From: a virus
DNA length: 41,059 nt
UHGV virus genome: UHGV-1274323
Reading direction: 5' to 3' (one strand)
Under the pieces are notes generated by a model, which saw only the letters and a program-made list of their open reading frames with translations, was not told the DNA's origin and made no database searches. Shown here piece by piece: positions 16,844 to 26,100 of this stretch. Both the position numbers and the translations under genes were made by a program. Numbering within the stretch: the first letter of the stretch is position 1; every line of letters begins with the position of its first letter.

Positions 16844-17845
16844 ATGAACGAAACAAAGGGATTGCTCCAGCTGAATCTGACGCTGTTTGACGGCGGAGAG
16901 GGAGGCGGAGCTCCCACGGGCGATACAGCGCAGGGCCTTCCCGACGCCGGGGGAGGCAAACGGGCGAATCCGCTTGCTCATGTGGTATACGGCAAGGTGT
17001 CTCCCGATGACGGAGGCCCCGTGACGCATGCTGGGAAGGAGCAGCAGAATCCTCAGGACGCCGCTGAGAAACCCACATCCGATCCGAACGCGGCACCTCC
17101 GCCGGAGGCGGACAAGGCCGGGGATAAGACCGGCGGCAAGCGGGCCGCTTTTGAGGAGCTGATCCGCGGAGAATACAAGGATCAGTTTAACGCCCGCATG
17201 CAGAAGATCATCAACCAGCGCTTTCGGGAGACCAAAAACCTACAGGCGCAAGTGGACGGAGCACGTCCGATTCTGGACATGCTGGCGCAGAAATACGGGG
17301 TATCCGGCGGGGACCTGAAGAAGCTGGCGGCCGCCATCGAGGAGGACGACGCCTACTATGAAAAAGAGGCGCTGGACCGGGGTGTGTCGGTAGAGCAGCT
17401 CAAGCAGATGCGCCGCGTGGAGCGGGAAAACGCGGAGCTGCGCCGCAGCATTCAGGAATCCCGGCGCCGGGAGGAGGCTGACCGGGTATATGCCGGATGG
17501 GTGAAGGAGGGGGAGGCCCTCAAGGAGATTTATCCGGCCTTTAACCTGGAAACGGAGGTTCAGGACCAGCGATTCACCGATCTGCTCCGCAACAACATCG
17601 ATCTGCGAACAGCCTACGAAGTGGTGCATCGGGATGAGATACTGGGCGGCGCCATGCAGTATACGGCCCGGCAGGTGTCGGAAAAGCTGGTGAACGATAT
17701 CAAGGCTAAAGGCAGCCGGCCCACCGAAAACGGGGTATCGGCCCAGAGCGCGGCGGTGGTGAAATCGGATGTGAATGCTTTGACCCGGCAGGACCGGGAC
17801 GAAATTGAAAGACGGGTCATGCGGGGAGAACGGATTGTTTTTTGA
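16844..17845 (+). CDS. Scaffolding protein
   Basis: 333 aa, highly charged, coiled-coil-rich, between portal and capsid. The N-terminus MNETKGLLQLNLTLFDGG carries a Prp-type cleavage motif. Confidence 0.6.
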   Translation: MNETKGLLQLNLTLFDGGEGGGAPTGDTAQGLPDAGGGKRANPLAHVVYGKVSPDDGGPVTHAGKEQQNPQDAAEKPTSDPNAAPPPEADKAGDKTGGKRAAFEELIRGEYKDQFNARMQKIINQRFRETKNLQAQVDGARPILDMLAQKYGVSGGDLKKLAAAIEEDDAYYEKEALDRGVSVEQLKQMRRVERENAELRRSIQESRRREEADRVYAGWVKEGEALKEIYPAFNLETEVQDQRFTDLLRNNIDLRTAYEVVHRDEILGGAMQYTARQVSEKLVNDIKAKGSRPTENGVSAQSAAVVKSDVNALTRQDRDEIERRVMRGERIVF

Positions 17846-17884
17846 CGCCGGTAATCCGCGGAGGCCCAAAGAAAGGATGACGGT

Positions 17885-18907
17885 ATGAAAAACGCACAGT
17901 ATTGGCTGGATCTGCAGCTGTTTGCGACGGTGACGCAGACCACCACCCTGAACGGTTCCGGGAACGATCTGTCCCCGGAAATGAAAACCTACTATGAAAA
18001 GCGGCTGCTGGACAATGCGGAGCCCAATCTGGTTCATGACCAGTTTGCCGACAAGTATCCCATTCCGAAAAATGGGGGCAAAACTATCGAATTCCGCAAA
18101 TACAGTCCCCTGGCCAAGGCGACCACAGCCATCACGGAAGGGGTAACCCCCGATGGCAACAAGCTGAATGTGACGGCTATCACCGCCACCATTGCCCAGT
18201 ACGGCGACTGGATTCAGATGTCCGATCTGCTGGACCTGACGGCCATTGACAACAACGTGCTGCAGGCGACCAAGCTGCTGGGCAGCCAGAGCGGCCGCAC
18301 CCTGGACACCATCACCCGGGAGGTGCTGGCGGGCGGTACCAACGTGATCTATGCCCCTAAGGTAGCCGACGGTGTGGAAACGGCTGTTACCTCCCGCGCC
18401 GGACTGGATGCTACGGCCAAGATCAACGTGGATCTGATTTTTAAGGCGGCCCGGGCGCTGAAAGCCATGAACGCCAACAAGATTGACGACAGCTTCGTGG
18501 CCATTGTGCATCCCGATGTGGCGTATGACCTGATGCGCTGCGAGGAGTGGATCGACGCCCACAAGTACGCCACCCCGGACAACATCTATCAGGGGGAAAT
18601 CGGCAAGATGGGCGGCGTGCGGTTCGTGGAATCCACCGAGGCCAAGATCTGGACCGGTTCCGGCTGTCCGTCCGGCCTGGCGGTGTACGGCACAGTGGTG
18701 CTGGGAGCCCACGCCTACGCCACCACTGAGGTCACCGGCGGCGGACTGCAGCATATCATCAAGCAGCTGGGCTACGGCGACGATCCGCTGAACCAGCGCA
18801 GCTCCTGCGGCTGGAAGGCCACCAAGGCGGCCAAGCGCCTAGTGGAGGAATACATGGTGCGGATCGAATCCTGCTCCTCTTTCTCCTCCACGGCCACCGC
18901 CAACTGA
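17885..18907 (+). CDS. Major capsid protein
   Basis: 340 aa following the scaffold gene. N-terminal Prp-type motif WLDLQLFATV. A strong terminator follows downstream. Confidence 0.75.
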   Translation: MKNAQYWLDLQLFATVTQTTTLNGSGNDLSPEMKTYYEKRLLDNAEPNLVHDQFADKYPIPKNGGKTIEFRKYSPLAKATTAITEGVTPDGNKLNVTAITATIAQYGDWIQMSDLLDLTAIDNNVLQATKLLGSQSGRTLDTITREVLAGGTNVIYAPKVADGVETAVTSRAGLDATAKINVDLIFKAARALKAMNANKIDDSFVAIVHPDVAYDLMRCEEWIDAHKYATPDNIYQGEIGKMGGVRFVESTEAKIWTGSGCPSGLAVYGTVVLGAHAYATTEVTGGGLQHIIKQLGYGDDPLNQRSSCGWKATKAAKRLVEEYMVRIESCSSFSSTATAN

Positions 18908-18925
18908 TAAAGGGAGGGAATGACA

Positions 18926-19222
18926 ATGGCCAGGACGGCAAACGCGGCGGAGAACGCTGAAAAAATTCCGGAGCCGGTCGCCGGACAGGCGCCGGAAGCG
19001 GCGGCACCGGGCAAGAAAATGGTCAAGGTGAAGCTGTTCAAGGACAACCACGATTACAAGGATGATGTGTTTGTGGCGGTCAATGGGGAGCGCTATCTGA
19101 TCCAGCGCGGTGTGGAAGTGGAGGTCCCCGACTACATCGCCGAGGTGCTGGAGCATTCCGCCCAGCAGGATGCCCGCACAGCGGAGCTCATCGAAAAGAT
19201 CGAGGCGGACTACGCGGAATAG
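18926..19222 (+). CDS. Small head-associated protein (98 aa)
   Basis: RBS GGAGGG 7 nt upstream. The Ala/Pro-rich N-terminus and acidic C-terminus suggest a decoration or head-completion role. Confidence 0.45.
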   Translation: MARTANAAENAEKIPEPVAGQAPEAAAPGKKMVKVKLFKDNHDYKDDVFVAVNGERYLIQRGVEVEVPDYIAEVLEHSAQQDARTAELIEKIEADYAE

Positions 19223-19250
19223 GAGTTCAAAGCGAAAATATCAAAACAGG

Positions 19251-19279
19251 AAGCAGGGAGAGAACCTCCCTGCTTTTTG
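19251..19279 (+). terminator. Rho-independent terminator after the capsid operon
   Basis: AGCAGGGAG-agaac-CTCCCTGCT followed by TTTTT. Confidence 0.75.
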
Positions 19280-19306
19280 CTATTCTGGAGGCGGGAGGGA
19301 TGGCGG

Positions 19307-19762
19307 ATGACGATTGACGAGGCCATTGAACGGTGCGACCGCATGAAGCCCAACGCCTACAGCCGGGCGGATAAAATCCGGTGGCTTTCCGAGCTGGATG
19401 GGCGGGTGATGCGGGATATTGTGCAGACCCATGAAGGGAAACAACCTGAAACGGGAGAGACAGATACCGTTGTAGGGGAAGCGCCTCAGGACAAGGAAAC
19501 AGAGGGCGGACACAAGCCGGGCGAGGCGGGGACCTGGTTCATCGGTTACGACGAAAACACTCCCGGCGGGACGGCCCTGCTGGCTCCCTCTCCCTATGAG
19601 GACATTTACATCAAATACCTGTTCATGCAGATCGACTTCAACAACGCGGAATTCACCCGATACAACAACAGCGCGGCCATGTTTCAGGCAGTGTACAGCG
19701 ACTTTGCCGATGCCTACAACCGTGTCCATGCTCCGCTGCAGAACCACCGTATAGAAGTATAG
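19307..19762 (+). CDS. Head-tail joining / connector-like structural protein (151 aa)
   Basis: RBS GGGAGGG 7 nt before the ATG at 19307. The functional call rests on its position after the capsid genes. Confidence 0.45.
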   Translation: MTIDEAIERCDRMKPNAYSRADKIRWLSELDGRVMRDIVQTHEGKQPETGETDTVVGEAPQDKETEGGHKPGEAGTWFIGYDENTPGGTALLAPSPYEDIYIKYLFMQIDFNNAEFTRYNNSAAMFQAVYSDFADAYNRVHAPLQNHRIEV

Positions 19763-19767
19763 GAGGG

Positions 19768-21504
19768 ATGATTGTGAGACTGCCGATGCTGGAGGATGTC
19801 CGAGCACAGAGGACCGGCGTTTCCTCCTTTGGTGGGTATAACCATACCCCTGGGGTCAAGGAAAACCAGTTTTTCGATATGGTCAACATGTCCTCCGACG
19901 AATTCCCCCTGCTGTCCCCGCGGAAACCGTATGTGCACGTGCGCAATGTGGGGTATCCGGAGGCGCTGTATGCCCACAACAAGCTGTGCTGGATTGCGGA
20001 TAACGGCTTCTACTATGACGGGGTCCGGTACGGCAATGCGCCTGACAGCAGTCAGCTGGTGGGGATGGGGGCCTATGTGACCGTCTGGCGGGATAAGGCC
20101 ATATTTAATTCCAGCAGCAATACCTACCGGCAGCTGGAAAGTCAGAGGAGTGTCACCGATGTTGTCAAGAAGGTATCGGACAACTTGAGTTTCGCTTTGT
20201 CGAATCTCACACAGGATCCCTGGTACCCGGATGAGGAGCAGCGAAACCATTACCAGCCGTTCCAGGCGGGAGAAGTGGTGGAGATAAGCTACTTTGATCT
20301 GGTAGAAGTGGACGATCCGGGCGGAACCCCGTGGATGACCGTGATTCGTCAATATGAATGGGTGAAAATTCTCAATGTTCAAACGGAGGAAGACAGCGGT
20401 TTGTCCGAGTATGTGGAAACGGAGATGAACCAGTCTTTTTGGGAACGCTATCAGGAGCTGCAGGATATCCTGGACACAGGCAAAGGCGAGGCTTATGGAT
20501 TTACCGATATAGACGTTCGCCTGTCCCGGAAGGTGCCGGATATGGATTTTGTATGCGAATGGAACAACCGGCTGTGGGGATGCTCCTCCGAAAAGCACGA
20601 ACTGTATGCCAGTGCCCTGGGCGATCCGTACAACTGGAACGTCTTTGAAGGCACCTCGCAGGACAGCTACATATTGACGATTGGCTCCACCGGGGAATTT
20701 ACCGGTATCTATGCTTACGGAGGCGGGTTGCTGCTGTTCAAAGAGAACTGCATACATCGTCTTTACGGCACTTCACCTTCCAATTATCAGCTGACAACGC
20801 TGGTGTGCGACGGGGTACAGAAGGGCTGTGAGCGTTCCATTTGTGAGAGGAACGGAATCCTATACTATGTGAGCCAATACGGGGTGTGCGCGTATTCCGG
20901 CAGTTACCCGACGGTGATATCCGGGGATTTGGGGAATGTGGAATACACGGAGGCATCGGCGGGGGTCTGGCAGAACAAGGTCTATTTTTGCATGAAAGCG
21001 GCCGCCCATTCCTGCTACCCAGACGAGATCAAGGGGGAGCACTGGGAGATACTGGTTTTTGATGCGGAACGGGGCTGCTGGCACAAGGAGGATGAGCTGC
21101 ACGCGGTATGCTTTGCCGCCTTTGAAAACCGCCTATATTTCCTGAATGCGGAAAACAGAAGCCTGTATGTGGCGGCAGCGGACGATACGTTCCCCACATC
21201 CGACAAGGTGCATTGGTTTGTGCGCACAGGCAAGCAATGCTCCCAGCTGCCGGACAACAAAACGGTATCCAAAATTCAGGTCAAGGCCACGGTATTCAGC
21301 GGCGCCCGGCTGTGCATCGAGCTGCGCTACGATTCCGGAGAGCGGTGGGAGAAGTATTACGAGCAGATTTCCCACAGGAAGATGTGCTACACCATCCCCA
21401 TTATCCCCCGGCGCTGCGACCATTTTGAAATACGCATTTCCGGCACGGGCGAAGTGCTGGTTCACAGCCTGGCCCGGGAGCTGGAACAAGGGAGTGAATT
21501 GTAA
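19768..21504 (+). CDS. Structural protein (578 aa), function unknown (tail or neck component)
   Basis: Long ORF in the structural block. The start may be the GTG at 19774, which is better spaced from the AGGAGGG. Confidence 0.55.
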   Translation: MIVRLPMLEDVRAQRTGVSSFGGYNHTPGVKENQFFDMVNMSSDEFPLLSPRKPYVHVRNVGYPEALYAHNKLCWIADNGFYYDGVRYGNAPDSSQLVGMGAYVTVWRDKAIFNSSSNTYRQLESQRSVTDVVKKVSDNLSFALSNLTQDPWYPDEEQRNHYQPFQAGEVVEISYFDLVEVDDPGGTPWMTVIRQYEWVKILNVQTEEDSGLSEYVETEMNQSFWERYQELQDILDTGKGEAYGFTDIDVRLSRKVPDMDFVCEWNNRLWGCSSEKHELYASALGDPYNWNVFEGTSQDSYILTIGSTGEFTGIYAYGGGLLLFKENCIHRLYGTSPSNYQLTTLVCDGVQKGCERSICERNGILYYVSQYGVCAYSGSYPTVISGDLGNVEYTEASAGVWQNKVYFCMKAAAHSCYPDEIKGEHWEILVFDAERGCWHKEDELHAVCFAAFENRLYFLNAENRSLYVAAADDTFPTSDKVHWFVRTGKQCSQLPDNKTVSKIQVKATVFSGARLCIELRYDSGERWEKYYEQISHRKMCYTIPIIPRRCDHFEIRISGTGEVLVHSLARELEQGSEL

Positions 21505-22019
21505 TGCCGGCGTTTGACTTCCCGTCTCCCTCAGCCCTTTCCCGTTCTGCTGACGGTTTGTGGAATTACACCTTCCAGCTGGTGGATTACCTTCGTTTTC
21601 TGTTTTCCTGTCTGGATGAAGAAAACCTGTCGGAATCCCTGCAGCGGATGGTGGCGGACACCGGATGGGAAACGCCGGTGCTGAACTCAGAAACGGGGCT
21701 GACAGCGGCGGCAGGTAGTCCGCTCCGTATCCGCAGGGTGGGGGTGTGTGTATTCCTGAGCGGTGCGGTTACGGCGCCGGCAGGGGGGCTCCAGGATGGT
21801 TCCGTGCCCCTGTTTGTTCTGTCCAAGCTATACCGTCCGGCGTATCCGGTCAGGACGGTGTGCGCCGATGAGACAGGGGGGATCTATTTGCTCACGGTAG
21901 GGACAGACGGAACCGTGGAAATGGCACAGACGGCGGGAGCGGCAGAAGAACGGGAGATAAGCGTTTCCCTGGTTTACTGCTTAGAGAACCAACCGAATGG
22001 TTCCAGGCACACCGATTAA
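21504..22019 (+). CDS. Structural protein (171 aa)
   Basis: Start overlaps the upstream stop (TAATG). Confidence 0.5.
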   Translation: MPAFDFPSPSALSRSADGLWNYTFQLVDYLRFLFSCLDEENLSESLQRMVADTGWETPVLNSETGLTAAAGSPLRIRRVGVCVFLSGAVTAPAGGLQDGSVPLFVLSKLYRPAYPVRTVCADETGGIYLLTVGTDGTVEMAQTAGAAEEREISVSLVYCLENQPNGSRHTD

Positions 22020-22031
22020 GGAGGAGCGAAA

Positions 22032-23171
22032 ATGGCAGACAGCATAAAGAAAAAGGCATATGAAAGCCCGTACAGCCAGCAGATACAGCAGTTGCTGAAC
22101 GAAGTGACCAACCGTCCCGATTTTTCCTATGACATGAATGCGGATCCTTTGTATCAGCAGTACAAGGATCAGTATACCCGTCAGGGAAAGCAGGCGATGA
22201 AGGACACTGTGGGCAATGCCGCCAGCCTCACCGGAGGGTATGCCTCCAGCGCGGCGACCACGGCGGGAAGCCAGGCGTATCAAGGGTATCTGGATCAGCT
22301 CAATGACCGGATACCGGAGCTGTATGCCGCGGCCTATCAGCAATATCAGGATAAAGGAAATCAGCTTTACAATCAATTGGGGCTGCTGCAGGGGTTGGAT
22401 GAGTCCCTGTACGGACGTTACCGCGACGATGTGGCGGACAATCAATGGCAAGCCTCCTTTGATTACCAGAAGGATCGGGACAAGGTGGCGGATTCTCAGT
22501 GGCAGACCTCCTTTGATTATCAAAAGGATCGGGATGCCATTTCGGACAGCCAATGGCAGCAGAGCTTTGATTATCAACAGGGAAGAGACAAAATCGCGGA
22601 TGAGCAATGGCAGAAGAATTATGATTATCAGGTAGGAAGAGATGCAGTGGCCGACGAACAGTGGAACAAGACATTCGATTATCAGAAAACACGGGATTAT
22701 GTGACAGATACGCAGTGGCAGAAGGAATTTGATGCGGCCTTGGAAAAGGTAGGCACCGACTCGTCGGGGCTCAGCGAATCCCAGGTCACCAAAATCAGTG
22801 ACGCCGCTGTGTCTGCGCTGAAAAAGAATGGCGAAGACGGGTTGCTGGACTATCTGGAATATCAGGTCAATCTCGGTATGCTCACCAATTCGGAGGCTTA
22901 CGAGATCGGCAACGCTGTGCTGAAATACACGGGGTATTCCACCACCCTGGACGAGCTGGCTGGGGGAGATGACAGCGGTACCTCCAAGAGTGCGTCCCAT
23001 AGTACGGGGGCATCCAGCGCTTCGGCTTCTTCTTCCGGAAAGGGGGAATATTCCAGCTGGCCCAACGGAATTACATCAGAAAGCGATTTCTGGAAAGCGC
23101 AGCGGGCGGGCTGGCCGTCGGTACGGCCCTATGCGACCTATTCGGAATACGTAAAAGCCACGAAAAAATAA
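22032..23171 (+). CDS. Structural protein with about 6 tandem 19-aa repeats (D-x-QWQ-x-SFDYQKDRD)
   Basis: RBS AAGGAGGAG. The repeats are conspicuous in the translation. Confidence 0.6.
   Translation: MADSIKKKAYESPYSQQIQQLLNEVTNRPDFSYDMNADPLYQQYKDQYTRQGKQAMKDTVGNAASLTGGYASSAATTAGSQAYQGYLDQLNDRIPELYAAAYQQYQDKGNQLYNQLGLLQGLDESLYGRYRDDVADNQWQASFDYQKDRDKVADSQWQTSFDYQKDRDAISDSQWQQSFDYQQGRDKIADEQWQKNYDYQVGRDAVADEQWNKTFDYQKTRDYVTDTQWQKEFDAALEKVGTDSSGLSESQVTKISDAAVSALKKNGEDGLLDYLEYQVNLGMLTNSEAYEIGNAVLKYTGYSTTLDELAGGDDSGTSKSASHSTGASSASASSSGKGEYSSWPNGITSESDFWKAQRAGWPSVRPYATYSEYVKATKK
22432..22735 (+). repeat. About 5.5 x 57-nt in-frame tandem repeat
   Basis: Repeated peptide units: DNQWQASFDYQKDRDKVA, DSQWQTSFDYQKDRDAIS, DSQWQQSFDYQQGRDKIA, DEQWQKNYDYQVGRDAVA, DEQWNKTFDYQKTRDYVT, DTQWQKEFD. 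Confidence 0.8.
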
Positions 23172-23189
23172 AGGGGGGTGTGAGGGAAA

Positions 23190-26100
23190 ATGACATTCCG
23201 GGACTATCTGAAAAACAGGGGCAGGGAGGAAAAGGAGGATTCCGCACTGACTCGGCTGGCGGAGAAAAAGGTCTCCAGCACTGAAAGCGAAAGGATGAGC
23301 TTCCGTGATTTCCTGCGGGGCGCCGGACAGGACAGCACGTCCGGCGGCGCTCAGGACAACCTATTCACACAGATCAAGGAGGAGCGCCGGGCCAGAAGCT
23401 GGGCAAATTCGGCGGATTCTTTCCTTCAAAAGATTCAAAACGACTATTCCGCCCGGCATGAGGGCGGATATCAGTCACCGGAATCCATACAGGAATATAA
23501 GAAAAGCGTATCCAGCGAGCTACAAGAGCTACTGGACGGGGTGAAGGATGCTAAGCAATTCGCTTCTCAGATCACGGACGAGGAGAAACGGAAAAAATAC
23601 GAAAAGATGGTTAGCGATACCCAGCATTACCTGCAATCTGTGGACTGGCGTCTGGATCTGGAGGAGAGATACTGGGACAAGTGGGATTCGGAGGACAGCT
23701 ATAACCAGTGGAAAAAGGAATATGACCGGCAAAAGGAGCTGGACAGTTATCAGCAATCCATTTTAAGCCGGCCGGACTTTGAGGAATATGCCCGAAAGGG
23801 GGCAGCTACAGAAAATATATCGCTCCGCGACGCCACGGATGCACGCGGGCAATTCCGTTCGGGGAGCGACGAATTGATCGGAAACAAGGTTACCTTTACC
23901 CGGGATAATGCGCAGTCTCGTCCGTGGGAGACCGCGGCGCACAGCTCAATAAAACCCGATATCGAGGAACGCTATACCTATATGACGGATGACGAAGTAT
24001 CGATATACAATTACCTGCTGGCCAAAGAGGGAGAAGAAAAAGCCGATGAATATCTGGCCACGCTTACTCCCTATTTGAATTACCGGCAGGGCGAGGATAT
24101 GGCGGAGAAACGGAAAGGGTCGTTTCTGGATACTGTCGGGCTTTCTTTGACTTCCGGGCTCGATCAGTTTATAAGCGGCGTGCGCGGCTGGTTTACAGAG
24201 GAGGCAGAGCCGGTTTCCGCCACGCAAATAGCGGCGGAGCTGGCACGGGAAAATATCGGCTCCGATATCGGAAAATTCGCTTTTGATGCGGGGCGGGTGC
24301 TGGGCAACATGGCTCCGTCCATAGCTCTCGGAATGGTGACCGGTGGGGTTGGATCGGCGGCAGGATTGGGGACCGCCGGGGTACAGATGGCCAATGCTGT
24401 CGGCACAGGTCTATCCGTCGGCGCCAGTGCCGGCGGCAACAATTATCAGCAGGCGCTGCGGGAGGGGTATTCCGTACCGCAGGCGCGAACCTATGGCCTG
24501 ACCACCGGGGCATTGGAAGCGGGGCTGCAGACCGTCCTCGGCGCGACGGCTAAAGGCGCTGGCCTTGTCACCTCCAAGGTTTCCTCCTCACTGAGCAATC
24601 TGGTAAAAAGCGCCTCTCAGAAAGTAGCGGTAAAGGTGGGCATGTCCGCTTTGGGCGAGGGGTTCGAGGAATATCTGCAGGAAATCCTGAACCCGGTGGT
24701 GCGCAACCTGACGCTGGGAGAAGACAATGAGTTCCAGCTGTTCACGGAGGAAGCCCTATACAATGGGATGCTGGGAGCTATCACCGGCGGGCTGTTCTCC
24801 GCGGCGGATGCGGGAGCAAGCCGGGTGTCCAATCCGTTCTTCAGCGTGTATGGTACAGAGGGAAGCGTATCCACCCAAACGGATGAAAGCGGCAATGTGC
24901 TGGGGTACATGCACTTTAACCGCCAGGGGGATATTGACGGGTATGTCCGGGTAGCCAAGGATGGAGAAGCGGCCATCCATAAGCCGTTTACCTCCTATGA
25001 GAATATCCAGGCTTATGCCTATGTGGACAAGGAAGGTGTGACCCAGTATGGGCGGGTCAACGCGGACGGAGAGGTGGTGACCGGGTCCTTTCGCCCGAAT
25101 GACACCGCGGATGCCGGTGCAGCGTCTTCCGTAGAAGCCGATGCGGTATCTTCTACGGAGACGGCGACGGGAAGTGTGGATACTCATGCGGCGGACGGAC
25201 CGGCGAACATTCCGGCGCTGTACCAGCTGGCGCAGGACGCGGCGGCCAACCGGCAGGCAACGCCGGCCGGGACGGCAAAGGGAGCGGTTCGGACAAATGG
25301 AACGCCGGCCGCAGATGGGGAAAACATACGGGCGGCTTCGGCACGCCCGGAAGACACAAGCCGTGCCGCCACAAGCGGCCAGCAGGGCGGCACAATAGCC
25401 AATACGGGCATTCGGACAGACCACACAGCGGAAGCCAATGCGCTTCTCGCCATTTCGGGACAGGAGGCCGCTCCGGTGACCGTTTCGGGAATCGGCTCCG
25501 TGGAGGACGGCAACGTCCGGGTAACCCTTTCCGGCGGGGAAACGGTATCGCTGGAGGATGTGTCCTTCGACAGCCAGGAGACGGAGAGCCTGTATTATGC
25601 GGCGTCTGATTATACCACCCCAACGGCCCGGGCCTTTGTGTCCGGATATACAGGAGAATTGCCGCTGAAAACGTACAAGGTGGCATTTGACTTCATCCGC
25701 AGTCAGGCCAGGGAGGGAGTATCCTTTGACACGGCGGTAAAGCAAGCGGGCCTTGCGGGACAGATGATGGGCCTGGAAGCGCAGCAGCTGGCCTGGTATT
25801 CCGGCGTGAATGAAACGGCGGCGTTGCACAAAGCCGGTGAAAATGGTACGATATCTACAACGAAAGAAGGGAGTAGGGACAATGGAGAAGAAGAAATCCA
25901 TATTCGACAATATCAGGGTTCCGCTGGAGGACCTGACGGAGGAACAAGAAAAGAAAATAAAAAGCGATCCGAATTATCAAAAAGATCTGGAGGAGTCCAG
26001 GAAACGCCACAAAGAGTGGAAAAAAGCTTATCGGGAGCAACAAAAAAGAGAAAACGAGTAGTCATTTCTTCCAACGAGGGAAATTTCTCATTTGATTCCA

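Noticed and set aside
17240-18754. 504-aa minus-strand ORF antisense to the scaffold/capsid genes
   Set aside because: High-GC antisense artefact. The product is Arg/Gly/His/Pro-rich with no RBS. It fully overlaps plus-strand genes that have clear functional signatures.
19714-20757. 347-aa minus-strand ORF antisense to the 19768..21504 structural gene
   Set aside because: Same reasoning: no RBS, low-complexity composition, and it overlaps a better-supported plus-strand gene in an otherwise uniformly plus-strand operon.
21981-23000. 339-aa minus-strand ORF opposite the repeat-containing structural gene
   Set aside because: Produced by the reverse complement of the tandem repeats. The low-complexity Leu/Ile/Pro-rich product is not credible.
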